From assembly GCA_043228905.1 (NCBI GenBank), contig JBHGNT010000001.1:8246001-8310000 (forward strand): DNA of 64,000 nucleotides, written 5' to 3'. Every line of letters begins with the position of its first letter. The first letter of the stretch is position 1. Both the position numbers and the translations under genes were made by a program. The notes below the pieces were generated by a model, which had not been told where the DNA came from, made no database searches, and saw only the letters and a program-made list of their open reading frames with translations. This DNA is from Azolla caroliniana (lineage: Eukaryota > Plantae > Polypodiophyta). Below, piece after piece: positions 12,660-25,040 of the stretch.

Positions 12660-13290
12660 TTCTCTTTCTTTTTTTCATAAATCAATGTTTTGTTATTAAA
12701 ACAAGATGATAATACAACCCTCGCTATCTTCACTACATCATGAGTAGTGATGATGCATGGGAAACCCTCTCAAGTGTTGCAAAACTAGATGGCATACCTC
12801 TATCTCCTCTCGGGACAATGTCCCCAAAGAACATAATTGCGAAAATTGCCACATCAATTTCCCTTTCATCCTACGAAGTTGTTGTGTTACCCCATGAAGT
12901 CCATCAAACAAGAACCCATTTCTCATGGTCCAATTAAACCACATCCCCCAATACCTAAGGTAGTCAAACACGATCTTATATGATGGTGCAGGCATGCCTT
13001 TATCGTCATCAATAAAAAGCCAGTTAAAAGGTAACAAAATATTGCCTGTTATCGATGCCCAAATTTGTGATATAACCACCCAAATGGGTTTAGCAACCGG
13101 ACATGTAATAAACCTATGTCTGGCATCTTCCTCAACCACCGCGCAAAAAAAAACATGTCCCATTTGAAATGTTTCGCCGTTTTAAAGCCATCGCCAATGG
13201 CAACCCACCAACAATCACACGCCAAAGAAACACCTTAGCACGAAACGGAATATGAGACTGCCATCATGCATCCAGAACCCTAGTCCACCA
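12660..13290 (-). mobile_element. 5'-truncated L1-type LINE (zf-RVT C-terminus and A-rich tail)
   Basis: The minus strand reads W..SHIPFRAKVFLWRVIVGGLPLAMALKRRN..TCFFCAVVEEDARHRFITCPVAKPIW...WFNWTMRNGFLF. An A-rich 3' tail lies at about 12660-12676. Confidence 0.85.
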
Positions 13291-13341
13291 CTCTCTCTCT
13301 CTCTCTATGGTTGTTTCAAGTTCCTTAAAAGATTAACAAAC

Positions 13342-15187
13342 ATTTCCATTACCAATCCAAGAAAGCAAAAAGTATGAAAAAGTTAGTATTCTAATTTCCA
13401 TTATTTTTTTGTTTTCAATGTTAGGATGTTTTTAATGTTTTGACAATATTGATTACTTATTTCTCGAAACATGAAAATATCTCGAAATGTTCAATATATT
13501 CAAGATTAACAAATAGTACCTCACAATTAATCCCTATCTTTCATTCTTGAAAGAAATAGTAGTAACCTCTACATCAACGTTGAACATCTCACGATTAACA
13601 TTTTGTAGCTTTAGATTGCATTTGACATATTGGGATCAATGCTAGTGTCTTTTATCGAACATTAGTTGTCAATGTATCTTTAAATGACCATGAGTTTTTT
13701 TTATCAATATTTAATCTATCTATCTATCTTTAATCTCTATTTTCATGTATCACACTTTACCTCACACGTTGTGTTTGCACACATTACACACATATTGCAC
13801 ATGTCGTATACATGGTGAACATTGAGGTTGCACAAGTTACAAACTATAGGAACTCGAGCGATCACGTGCACGTGCATTGCCAAAAATTTGTTGCATTGAT
13901 CAAGTTGTCGGCCACATGTGCTTTCAAAAATTGGAATGCAAAGTAGTGCCTAAATTTAGGAACTAATCAAGTAGTCGAACACCTCTCGTGAGTCATGTTT
14001 GCTAAATCTATGGCATAATCCATGGTGTTGAGCATGTAAGGTATTGTGCTTGGACCCAAAACATATCATGTGAAGGCCGGCCAAAATGCTACCAAATCAT
14101 TTTGTTTTTCTACGATATACTGATTTGCACAACTTGGGACCAATAACATTAACATTTACAAAGTTGGGTCTATTCACTTGGGCATGACATAGGCAATTTA
14201 TATTTCATTTTTTGCTAAATGATTGTTAAGAACTAGCAAGTAGAGTTGTTTGCAAAAGAAGTTATTAATATATATATATATATATATATAAAATTTATGG
14301 TGTGTGTGTGAGAGAGGGAGAGACAATAGGAGAGTGAGTGGGACGTCTAAAGGGCAAACACTTCATTCAATGTACAGGCATCTCTAATCCTCTTTATCTT
14401 CTCAATTATGTGGATCCTTGTCGTTCTTTAAAATAACTTTTTGTGTTATGACAATATTTACAACCAGAAAGACAATGCCATGCTTATTGCTCATGATGGC
14501 ATATATAATGTTTGCTAACCATGAATGAGTACATAAATTTCCACCTTTGTTTTCATTTACATTCTAGTGTCTTTCAACAATCTTCCTTGATTATTCTAGT
14601 GCAAAATGACATTGGCGTACTAAAAGGCGAGCCTCCATCCACATGGGACCACTCGATCACTTTCGTAAGATGCTCACCAAGAGATACATGAATCTATTGG
14701 TTTATCCTACTTTAAGCCATCCACATTCTTGAGATTTGCTTCACCCCTTCCAAGTCATCCATTCTAAACTTCTTGCTCAATTTTTCTTTAATGGTCAAAT
14801 CCACTTCAAGTGCTTCCTCGTGATAACTAGTATATCATCCACATACTAGACAAGTTGGATTAAACTCCTATTTACACAACACTTGGTGCATACATAAATA
14901 TCCTCGTCACCATGACAAAATCATTGGTGTGAAACGTTTGTTAGCATTGTTGAAGTATTTACTTCAACATTCATAGGCTCTTATGTAATAAATGCACAAT
15001 TCCCTCCTTACATGGTTCTATGAATACAATGATTTGCTCCAAATACACCTCCTCTGCTTTATCCTCGTAGAGGAAAGAGGTTTTCACATCATTCTCTTTG
15101 GGTCGGGGAACCAACCTCCACATCTAATTCTTGCAGTGACTTTATTTCCATTACCAATCCAAGAAAGCAAAAAGTATGAAAAAGTTA
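13342..15187 (+). repeat. Perfect 44-bp direct repeat at 13342-13385 and 15144-15187
   Basis: ATTTCCATTACCAATCCAAGAAAGCAAAAAGTATGAAAAAGTTA is identical at both positions. Confidence 0.9.
14440..14990 (-). mobile_element. Degenerate Ty1/copia reverse-transcriptase/RNase H remnant
   Basis: The minus strand at about 14846-14832 reads YVDDI. The downstream sequence is only weakly copia-like and no open frame remains. Confidence 0.5.
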
Positions 15188-15426
15188 TATCCATCAATGT
15201 TTTGCTTTACCAATCGCCCTTCTATCGATCGAGTTGCCTCTTGGGCATTAAGCCTCGCCGCCTCGGCAACCTTTATATACATACATACATATTTTGATTG
15301 ATTCTATCTCTTCATGCATTTTTTGTCACACTAACCCAACCCACACAACCTGCAATCTCTAAACTAGTTTAAAAAAAACTAGAGATTAAAATTGATGGGC
15401 ACTACTTATCTCTAGCATCCAGATAG

Positions 15427-17232
15427 ATGCCCGTCGACATAACAACCTGCAGAAACGCCCTAGATCTCCTTCTCAAGCGAGGCTTGGAGCAGGATTCCTA
15501 CTCAGCGAGTCATCTCATCCGTGGATTCGCTGCCTCTTCTTCTCTCGACGACGCTTACCATCTCTTCTCGATCCTGCCCATCCCAAATGTATTCGCTTGG
15601 AGTGCCATTATCGATGCCCATACAAAACTAGGCCGTCCTCACAAAGCTCTCTCACTTTTCTCCCATCTCCATGCATATACTGACATAAGACCAGATGCAC
15701 ATCTCTTCGTGGTTGCCATTAAAGCTTGCTCTGCACTTCTTGCAAAAGGCCTTCACAAGGCTAGATCTATCCATAGCCAGGTTGTTGAGTATGGATATGA
15801 TGGAAATACTTATATTGGGAGTGCTCTCATTGACATGTATGTAAAATGTGGGTCTTTGAGAGATGGGTTTGTGATCTTTTGTGATTTGGAAAGACAGGAT
15901 GTGGTCACCTTCACTTGCATGTTGGGTGGGTTTGTCCAGCATGGACGTTATGAACAAGCTTTCTGGATATTTGAAAAGATGCAAAAGGCAGGGATTGACC
16001 CTAACCAAGCTTCATTTGTGAATATTGCAAAGGCATGCATCGAGATAAGAGAAGTAGAACTTGGTATGTTACTTCATGCTCTTGTCGTGGAAAGAAATTA
16101 CGAACTTGATAATGTGGTTTTGAATGGGATCATTGATATGTATGCAAAGTGTGGGAGAATGGATGATGCTATGAGAGTTTTCAATAGATTTCCTCTGGGT
16201 CACAGAGATTTGGTAACTTGGTGTACGATTCTCTCAGGATTAATTGACCTTGGACGATGTCGAGATGCACGCTTTCACATTTGGGAAATGCGACAACAAC
16301 ATGAGACCCTTGAATATGACCAAGGTTTATTCGTTTGCCTCCTCAAGGTGTGCTCATATGAGTCTGCATTATGCCAAGGGATGATCATACATACCATCAT
16401 CATTATGGAAACTAAATTGGTTTCTGATGTTACCATAGGAAATGCACTCTTGAACATGTACTTGAGATGTGATAGATATGTCGAGGCTTGTAAGGTCTTT
16501 TCCTCAATGCGGAGCAAGAATGTGGTTTCGTGGAGTACGATGATGAGGCAAAGCAAGGAATGTAGCCTGACTACAGTGGAGGAGTTTTTGCAAGCCATGG
16601 ATAGAGATGGATATAAACCAAATGATGTGACATATGCTTGCATTTTGTCGTTGTTCCGGGATGAGAAGTCTTTTATGCTGGAAAGCTTAGGTCCACTCAT
16701 ACATAGGGATAAAATTGCACATAAGGATGGGGGCTTTCTGATGATAGAAAGTTTAAGTTGCAATGAATTGTGGAATCTTACACATTACAACTGCATTGTG
16801 GACCATCTTGGCCATATTGGACAATTGACTGAAGCCATAGATATCTTAAAGACGATGCCACACAAGGAAAACAATGTGGGTTGGACCTCTTTACTATCGA
16901 GTTGCAAAATGTATAGCCACGTGGATCTTGGAAATCAGTGCTTTGAGCGAGTTAGGGAAATGGAAGGAGATGAAAAGTCATCGAGCTATTTGCTCATGGA
17001 AAGTATCTATAGTGCTCAAGACATGCCACATGAAGCTAAGAAGGTGGAGTCTTTGAGACATGGCAAGGTATGGAATATTACCGGGATAGCAACCATTGAA
17101 CTACTCAACAAAATACATGAATTTAGTGTGGGTGATCGAAGTCATGAGATGAATAGAGAGATTAGTGACAAGTTGAAGTTCATGCACATTAGAATAAAAA
17201 GGGAAGGATACATACCACGATTCCAGACCTAG
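15427..17232 (+). CDS. Intronless PLS-class pentatricopeptide repeat protein with E1/E2/E+ region and no DYW deaminase
   Basis: 601-aa ORF with repeated ALIDMYxKCG/DVVxW motifs, HYNCIVDHLGHIG, E-motif WTSLLSSCK, a degenerate PG box (ITGIATIE) and HEFSVGDRSH...GYIP. No HxE..CxxC motif and no DYW terminus. Confidence 0.93.
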   Translation: MPVDITTCRNALDLLLKRGLEQDSYSASHLIRGFAASSSLDDAYHLFSILPIPNVFAWSAIIDAHTKLGRPHKALSLFSHLHAYTDIRPDAHLFVVAIKACSALLAKGLHKARSIHSQVVEYGYDGNTYIGSALIDMYVKCGSLRDGFVIFCDLERQDVVTFTCMLGGFVQHGRYEQAFWIFEKMQKAGIDPNQASFVNIAKACIEIREVELGMLLHALVVERNYELDNVVLNGIIDMYAKCGRMDDAMRVFNRFPLGHRDLVTWCTILSGLIDLGRCRDARFHIWEMRQQHETLEYDQGLFVCLLKVCSYESALCQGMIIHTIIIMETKLVSDVTIGNALLNMYLRCDRYVEACKVFSSMRSKNVVSWSTMMRQSKECSLTTVEEFLQAMDRDGYKPNDVTYACILSLFRDEKSFMLESLGPLIHRDKIAHKDGGFLMIESLSCNELWNLTHYNCIVDHLGHIGQLTEAIDILKTMPHKENNVGWTSLLSSCKMYSHVDLGNQCFERVREMEGDEKSSSYLLMESIYSAQDMPHEAKKVESLRHGKVWNITGIATIELLNKIHEFSVGDRSHEMNREISDKLKFMHIRIKREGYIPRFQT

Positions 17233-18705
17233 TTCTCTCACCATGGCCATCCATCACAAACTATTCAGTTCCTTCTTTTGAAATGGCCCTCATACAGAAA
17301 TTGTAGTTATATTAATTGAAGGGTAGTGATTGTGCCATTGGTCAGATACTTCTATGTGAGGTGAAAACCCATAAAAGAGCAGCTACAAAGGAGATTGTGA
17401 CATCCTTGGGCTAGAGAAAAGAGCACAGAATATGCCGCTAGTAATATTGTGCAAAACATGCATGAATGTAAAGATTGCTTCATGATTTACTGTCTTTGAC
17501 GAAACATGAATGCAAATATGGAGATCTGATGTAGCTTGATAATAGCAATGATGGTTGCGAGACATCCATATGGACCATTCAAAGAACAAGGTTCAATGAC
17601 ACACATGTGTATCATAAACATCCCACACTCTAAGATCTCATTGTAGCTAGTTCTCATTCCACCTTACTACTTCTGATGTAACTTCAGTCAGATTTAGCTA
17701 TGTTGCCTTTTTAAGACGTTATCTCGTACACAGGACATGAGACAAGCCAAACTTAAAATAGATAATTATAAAGATGGCCTAGGGCCCCACCCATATTTGA
17801 TTTGAGAATTGAACCAACAACCTTAAGGAACAATTGATAATGCAAGGTCATGCCTCATGTATATATCTTGATTGATCAATAGCCTGAAATTGTTGGGATT
17901 GCTAAAAATTTTCATGTGGTTTATCAAGGTGATGCTGATGAAAGATGATTTGCATGTGTAAATAGGAAAATACAATAAGAATGAGTTACTCTACTTTATA
18001 TGCCAAAACATAGTAAAATGAAAGAGTTAATTATATTTCATTTTTTGCTAGAAAAAGTCCCCACCTTCTCAATTATTATCCGAATGCCCGTGGTTGAGAA
18101 CTCTTGTCTCTTTTACAATTAAATGTGCCATTATGAGCAATTTCATTATCAAGTAATTCCCTGTTTCCTCAATGACATAGCACATTAGTAGAGGCTAAAA
18201 TAACTTAATTACAATGAAAAGCTTTTCTTGTAGGACATTAAAACATATATTTTTCACATGCAAACACACGATATACTTTGATGTTAATGTGGTTCTTTAT
18301 TGACAAGGTCACAACTCTTTAACATATGTCATTGTTGTTTCCCACCATACATTAATTGCAACTCAGTATTATCAATATTGATACGATATGTATACATATG
18401 AAATGTTTGAGAACTTGTTGATAATATGATTGAACCAAGCTTAATATTGGGTTATTCAATATTTGCCGAAAGTTGCTCAACACATAGCTTCATGTTACTG
18501 CTCGAGGTTGTGGAAGTGAAATTCATACAATCATAGAGTTTGTCAAGCTTGTCTTAGCCTTATGTTAATGGTGGAGGTGATGTATTAATTATGGAAATTC
18601 CTTGTCTGGTTCATTTGTGTTTTCTCCTCTATTGGTTGAAGATACTTCAATGAAAATATATATTACAAAACAAATCACTATAATACTTTTAGCAGGGTTG
18701 GTGAG

Positions 18706-20199
18706 TCAGTCATCCATGACATATGAAGTTGTAACTGAGAGGGTTGTCACAAACTCTTCTAGCAACAAATTCGAGGCTCTAGATGAGGCATGTTCACTAC
18801 ATCCTTCATCGCAATGACTGAGGTCTACTACAGATGATTTCTCGATGGATGTTTGAATACTCTTGTCATGCTCCTCTGGTTGTAGAAGCTCAATGTTTAA
18901 GGATCTTTGTGGGGAAGGGCCTACACATTTGGAAGCATAACATTGTTGTTTAATGTAGTTCCAAACATCTTGGTGGAACTGATGTGAAGGAGAGAAGCAA
19001 TCGACAAGGCCCATCTCTATGGGGGTCTTCCCAATTCGTGTGTCATATTTACAAAAATGAGGTATAACACTAGAGTCCATTACCTAAAAGAAAAAAGAGT
19101 AAATAGATACTCACATCATACACTGAGAGGACTTGAATAAACTCCAATGCCCACTTATGATGCGTTTCTGGCATTCTCGTAAAAATGCCAAACTTTGGAA
19201 ATCTTTTTCGGAATTGTCACGAATGGAATTGGTTTACATTAGTTAATCTTTTTTTCCTTGGAATTTAACAACTCATTTTGTTTTCACCTTCAATAGCTCT
19301 TCTTTGCCGGAGCCTTGGAGTACTTGCACTTTGCGCCTCGTCCGCTCATGCAAGAGAGGCCTCACAACCTGCCATCAAAGTTTCGCTCAGAAATGACCAT
19401 AATTGTTAGTCACATTCTTACAAAAGAATGACATACATACGCCACCACGGAAATGTTTGCAAAATCGAACCAAATCATGGCACACACCTTCCAACAAGCT
19501 GAGAAAATGTAGGGTGTATTAACAATATAGTAGACATCAGTCTTCTCCGGGTAATTCAAATCATCAATTGTTGATATGATTGTGAGAGCCTGAGATATAG
19601 ATAAATGTTTATTAAAAAACACAGGTATAATGGACTAGCTATGACAGAATTTATGCTCAGAGGATTGGAATGTGTACTTCAATTGAAGAATTATCACCTT
19701 GATTCGAGAAAGCGTAGAGAGGTTGAGGTTCGTCATGTCAAGTATTTTGAGACATGTTCCAACGAACCTACCCATTCGCTTACTCGATGCCGGCTGGAAG
19801 TGATATTTATCTAGTTCAGTCTACTACTCTTTTAATATAGGCCTACTAATACTAATTACAAATAAAGACATCAATATGCACAAAGAAAGCACAATGTATA
19901 CAGACATTGCCTCTTGTTTTGCTATTATAATGACAAAATGACCCTTAAAACCCCGAAATTAGAACCATTTCTGACATCAAAAGCCAACATTTAGTTATAA
20001 CTTACAAGAAGAACTTGATCCCGATATTCGTTAATCTGAATGTGAGACTGAACATACATATCTATCTGCACTTCATTTTCAAAACATGGAGATGCTCATT
20101 ATTAGTATAGGAGAGACTTAAAACAGTAGAGATTCCTCTTTTGTGGAATAAGCAACATGCATGCATATGTACATGACATGCATGTTACAGTATATGTTA

Positions 20200-20278
<79 letters not shown>

Positions 20279-21602
20279 ATATAATGCATACATATATATA
20301 CATATGTAGGTGTGTGTATCTCGTAATGAACTCAGCTTACAGGAATTTTATCGAAACTGTTTTGCCCTATTCCAACAGCAAAGACTGGGCGTCCCTGAAA
20401 ATGTATATGGAAGACTCAAGGAAATACATTATTGCAAAAAAACAGGAAAATTAGCAACTTGTATATTGATTCTTTCATATTCCTAGATTTCTAGAACTGT
20501 GTTATACCCACCTTTTTACAGAAGCCTGTCATTCCTAGAGGTTGCGATTCTCGGATGGCATCAAATGTCTCCTTCGGCCCAATCGGTCTCTGTTATTAGA
20601 TCACATCATATATGTTAAAACAATCCATTATTAAAATTCTAATCCAAATGTGGGACTCGACAAGAAACAGCTGTTGTTACCGAAAGAATGTTGTCAATGT
20701 TGTTTTCCACTCTCCACTGCAAACTATCCATGAGCTTCAAAAGGAACAAGAAAGGATCTCATAGTGAGTTAATTAATTAATTGGATCGACACATATATTC
20801 AGCTAATCAAAAGACTGGTATGTCTTTTCAGGTTAATACCATCTTGAAAGTCTTGGGGACGTTGTTTTCCCGAGCCTTGAGAAAGCGTTCGATTGTGGCT
20901 TCAGGATATCCTTTGTGCCAAGCCTAAAGGAGAGAAAGCATACGTGAGTTGCTTATAAGTAAGAGGTTTTACTGGATTTTTGTTCCTTCCTATACCTAAT
21001 TTACCACATAATTACCACATTTGTACACGGACATGAAAGAGATAACAAATAATCAGGAAAGAGAAAGAATACAAATAACTTACTTTGTATGAATATTCAT
21101 ACTCTTAGGGAACCACAAAAGAAGAAATCAAAGCAAGCAACTACTTGTATGCACTATGTATATATGTATGTATGTATATGTACATAAGTACACAAACATA
21201 CATACTCTCCGGAAGAAGAAGATGACGAAAATACAAGCAACCATACTATAGTATATTGTTTGACACTGAAGTTTTTCTTGATGTTTCTAGTACAAATATT
21301 TTGTTTTTCTTCCACACACACACAGAGTAAATGAAGATGATGTTTACCTTATAATGGATGGATAACTGTTGTTGGCCATCCATTAGAATGGCTGCGAAAT
21401 ACATATATACCAAAGTATAAGCATACAGACATATATATGTAGGTATGACAAGGAGGAGGTAAAATGGTGAGAAATATGAAATACATACAAATTTATCTAT
21501 GCATGATAACAAATGCATTGAGAAATAGAGACCTTGTTCTAGCAAGTCTTTGAGCTGGGAGATGGCTTCTGGTGATGGAGGAGGAGGAGGAGGAGGGGCC
21601 AT
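18706..21602 (-). CDS. SEC14/CRAL-TRIO phosphatidylinositol-transfer protein, 11 coding exons
   Basis: Spliced exons: MAPPPP..LLEQ / EYEYSYK / AWHKGYPEATIERFLKARENNV / LMDSLQWRVENNIDNILS / RPIGPK..GFCKK / GRPVFAVGIG / YVQSHIQINEYRD / CLKILDMTNL / STIDDLNYPEKTDVYYIVNTPYIFSACWK / VVRPLLHERTRRKVQVL / VMDSSVIPHFC. All introns are GT-AG. Confidence 0.93.
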
Positions 21603-24600
21603 TATGTTGTTTTCCCTGTTTGTTTGAACCAGCAATGTCAAGCTACACAACTAGCTGAGTCTGTATTCTATGTGTGCATGTTAATTAAGTATGTTATAAA
21701 TTGTATGTACATATATGTATATGCATGTGCATGTATGTACTATATGTACTAACAAACGTATGCAGTGAATGTACAAAGAATGAAGGAGAAATGAATAACC
21801 TTCTTCAAGTAATGGGAAACACCAAATCACAATCTGTTAAAGAAATTAAATGAGCAGAACAGAGCAGGGGAAGGGGCAGGGGCAGGAACAGGGTCCTTTT
21901 TTTATGACATTTATACATACATATCTATGTATGCATGTATGTATATACATACACACATATATGTATAAATTATAATGTATATGATATGCATGAGGACTTC
22001 TGTGTATGTATTCGGCTAGAATAAAGCCTCAAGGACACTTTTCTTCTGAAATGATGTAGACCTTAATCAAAAGGAGGAAGCAGGGCTAATTAATTGTGGA
22101 GCATCTTGCAAAGCTATTACACTCTCTCAAGGTCTCCTACCTTTAGCCATTCCGCCAACTATATATATATAGGTCATGATGGCATGCCATTTAGACCCAA
22201 CTAGGCTCATTCTAATCGCCACACACCTTCTTCAATTGAATAGCTCAAGCTAATTAGTCGTGATGCCACATTATCGTTCTTCGACCTGATAACTAGATAC
22301 AAACTTCTTCCACTTACTTCCGTTCATTTGCACTATTTTTAGGTAACAACATTCATTGTGGCTATAGGGCGTGGTTTATAAAAATGGCCATGTTTTCTGG
22401 AGTTCATCAATAGATACAAGATCTGTTGGTCATTCCTATGATAGTGAGAATACTTTGGTTACTTATGACGTAGATACTTTCCAACTCTTTGAAATCTTCC
22501 ATAGATAAGTTTAAAGCATGAACTATGTTCGTTATCTTAGAAACACAACATCCCAATATGTCGTTTTTTTTTGTTTCTGTGCAAACAAGTTTATTTTATG
22601 CACCCTGCACTCTCCTCCATGAAAAAAGTGTTTATGTTTAGGGTTTGGTCACTAGTGCTTACAAATCCTCACCATTTTTTTTTTAACTCCCAAGTCTCAA
22701 GGAGATAGCCAAGAAGCGTGCTAATTATAATTAACATTCACTCATTGTAGCAAATTCATGGGACAAACAATGTGTTGGGAATGTGAGGAAGTATGTTTCA
22801 ATTAGAATTTAGAACCAATAAAATTATTCTAAATTTGGTCTATAACCCAAAATTTCATATTTGGAAAGGTTGTCGGCAATTGCCTTTGTGCTCAATTGAG
22901 TTCACGTCATAGTTTGTTCAACAAACATCGCTTAGCGAGGAGTGATTTTGAAAGCAACAAATTATTGTAAAAAGACGAAATATATCTTAGGTTCCAACTC
23001 CAAGATAGAGAATACTTGTATTTAAGCCTTTATCATAAGTATTAAAAGATATTGTATTGGGTGTCCTTTGAGGGAGCCCTATTGGAGGCGTACGGGTACA
23101 CGGAACCGGAAGGAAGAGGTCGACATGAACAATTGATGTTACTCATACATCTCCTCACTATCCTCTCCATACCATGAATGCTAGCCTTCATTACCAATTC
23201 CTACATTGCTGCCTTCTTTGCTCCTCAAGGGTGCTTTGCCTCTCTCTTTCTCTCTACATTGTGACAATGCTTGGGAACTCTCTCTCCCTATAGATTTCCT
23301 AGTCATTGCAATGTAGAACAATTCTATTAGAGTGAACCAAATGAATATCTATGAAATAAAGCAAAAGATAGAAGAAGACACTTTCCTAACATTTCTAAGT
23401 TTAGTGTGTCCTTGAAGGTGCTATGGTGTACAAGTCGAGGCTATAAGGTAGGAACAATAAAGGAATCAAATTCAAGGTGCTTGCCATACATGGCAAGGAA
23501 ATACGACGGTACACTTACATATATACACATGTATATGTAGAGAGGGAGAGAGTGAAAATAGCCCCATGTAAAAGAAACCAAATGATGCAATATGTGCTTT
23601 TCTTTATATAAACTATTCCCTCGTGTTATTTTGCTTCTGAGGGTGGCAAACTCCCAAAACTCTATAAAATGATTGAAATAAAGTTAATTTTGCTTCCAAT
23701 TGAACTAAGAAATCGCCATGTGAATATTTTGGTACTGAAAGCATGTAAAAGCAAGAAAGTTAGGTTTGACATGGAATTCTTCACTTTGGAAGTAACTCAA
23801 AAGCTATGAAAGAAGTTTGATTCCATTAGAAAATACAAACTTTTTGTATAAGCAGAAATGGCATAAAAGTTTATATAATACAAAGCATTGCAAGTTGTTG
23901 CATGTATTAAAAACGTAAGAAAGTAAGGATTATGTTCCCAATGATACTAAAGGTAACAATATTTACAACTTTCAAGTCACGGTGACCAAATAATTAATCT
24001 CATGTAAAGATATTGTGACAAAGTGGACCACACAACACTATTGTCAAACTAGTAACATTTGCATCTTACGTTTAAAAATGTCACATTTACTAGCACACAA
24101 ACATTATGAAAATGATTTAATGCTACCTTGAAATCAATAGTCTTCTCTTACACACATATATGAACACAATTTTTGGGTTCAAAATCAAAATTTATATATG
24201 CAAACAAAGAACAATGATACTAAGATATACCCTAACTAGAATCACACTTTATCATTTCCCTAAACATGGTTATGCACGTACTTGAATAAACAAATACGAA
24301 TAATCACACTCCAAAATTTTCATAATGGGAGACTTCATACCATACATGAAACAATTGTATAATAAATAGATGTGTGGGTGGATTGGGTTGGATCATGATA
24401 AAGGTGAGTAATTTGGTTGATATTTCTTTTTGAAAGACTGAAAATAGAAACCTATAACTTTGATACTTGATAGATGTGTGGGTGGACCGTGGATTGGGTT
24501 GGATCATTGCAAATACTTTGATAGTTTTATACTTGATCCACAAATACTTTATTGTATACATGCAAGTACTTGTCTTGTGAAATGACTGTAAAAGCATAAT

Positions 24601-24660
24601 TTGCAAAAGATATTCTAACTTTTAGATGCAAAACATAAAATAAGTTGTGAATATTTCAAT

Positions 24661-25040
24661 GAATTCCGCATGAAGGGGTGTGTGCGCGTAGGCAACAAGC
24701 CTGCCCTAGCAATTCCGGCCTTCATGATGAAAAAGGGGCGGGTTTGATGAACTGGTTGGTTTTCATCCGGATGAACCAACGGGTTAGCTTGCCCGTGAGG
24801 GCAGGCAACTCTTTGTCCGCATGTATGTCGCCCGGGGAACCGGGCAGGGGATCTGCTGGATTTCTATCTAATGTGCCAATATGTATACGAATGGAGACGA
24901 TCAGACTTGAACCGATAACTTCATACTTGCAAAACATGTGTTCTACAAATTGAACTACACCCCCATCCTCGTTCCAATTTTGGTATGTTTTGTTCCAATC
25001 CACTTATTAACACGGGCTAAGCGGACTGATATAGTCTATT
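24661..25040. other. Putative nuclear insertion of mitochondrial DNA (NUMT)
   Basis: A GC-richer island in an AT-rich intergenic region, with small hairpins (TTCATCCGGATGAA; TGCCCGTGAGGGCA) and an organelle-type tRNA gene. Boundaries are approximate. Confidence 0.6.
24892..24964 (-). tRNA. trnA: tRNA-Ala(UGC), mitochondrial type, probably a non-functional nuclear copy
   Basis: 73 nt: GGGGGTG TA GTTC AATTTGTA GAAC A CATGT TT-TGC-AA GTATG AAGTT ATCGG TTCAAGT CTGAT CGTCTCC A. It folds into a cloverleaf with several G-U pairs, has no intron (unlike plastid trnA), and differs from cytosolic plant tRNA-Ala. Confidence 0.8.
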
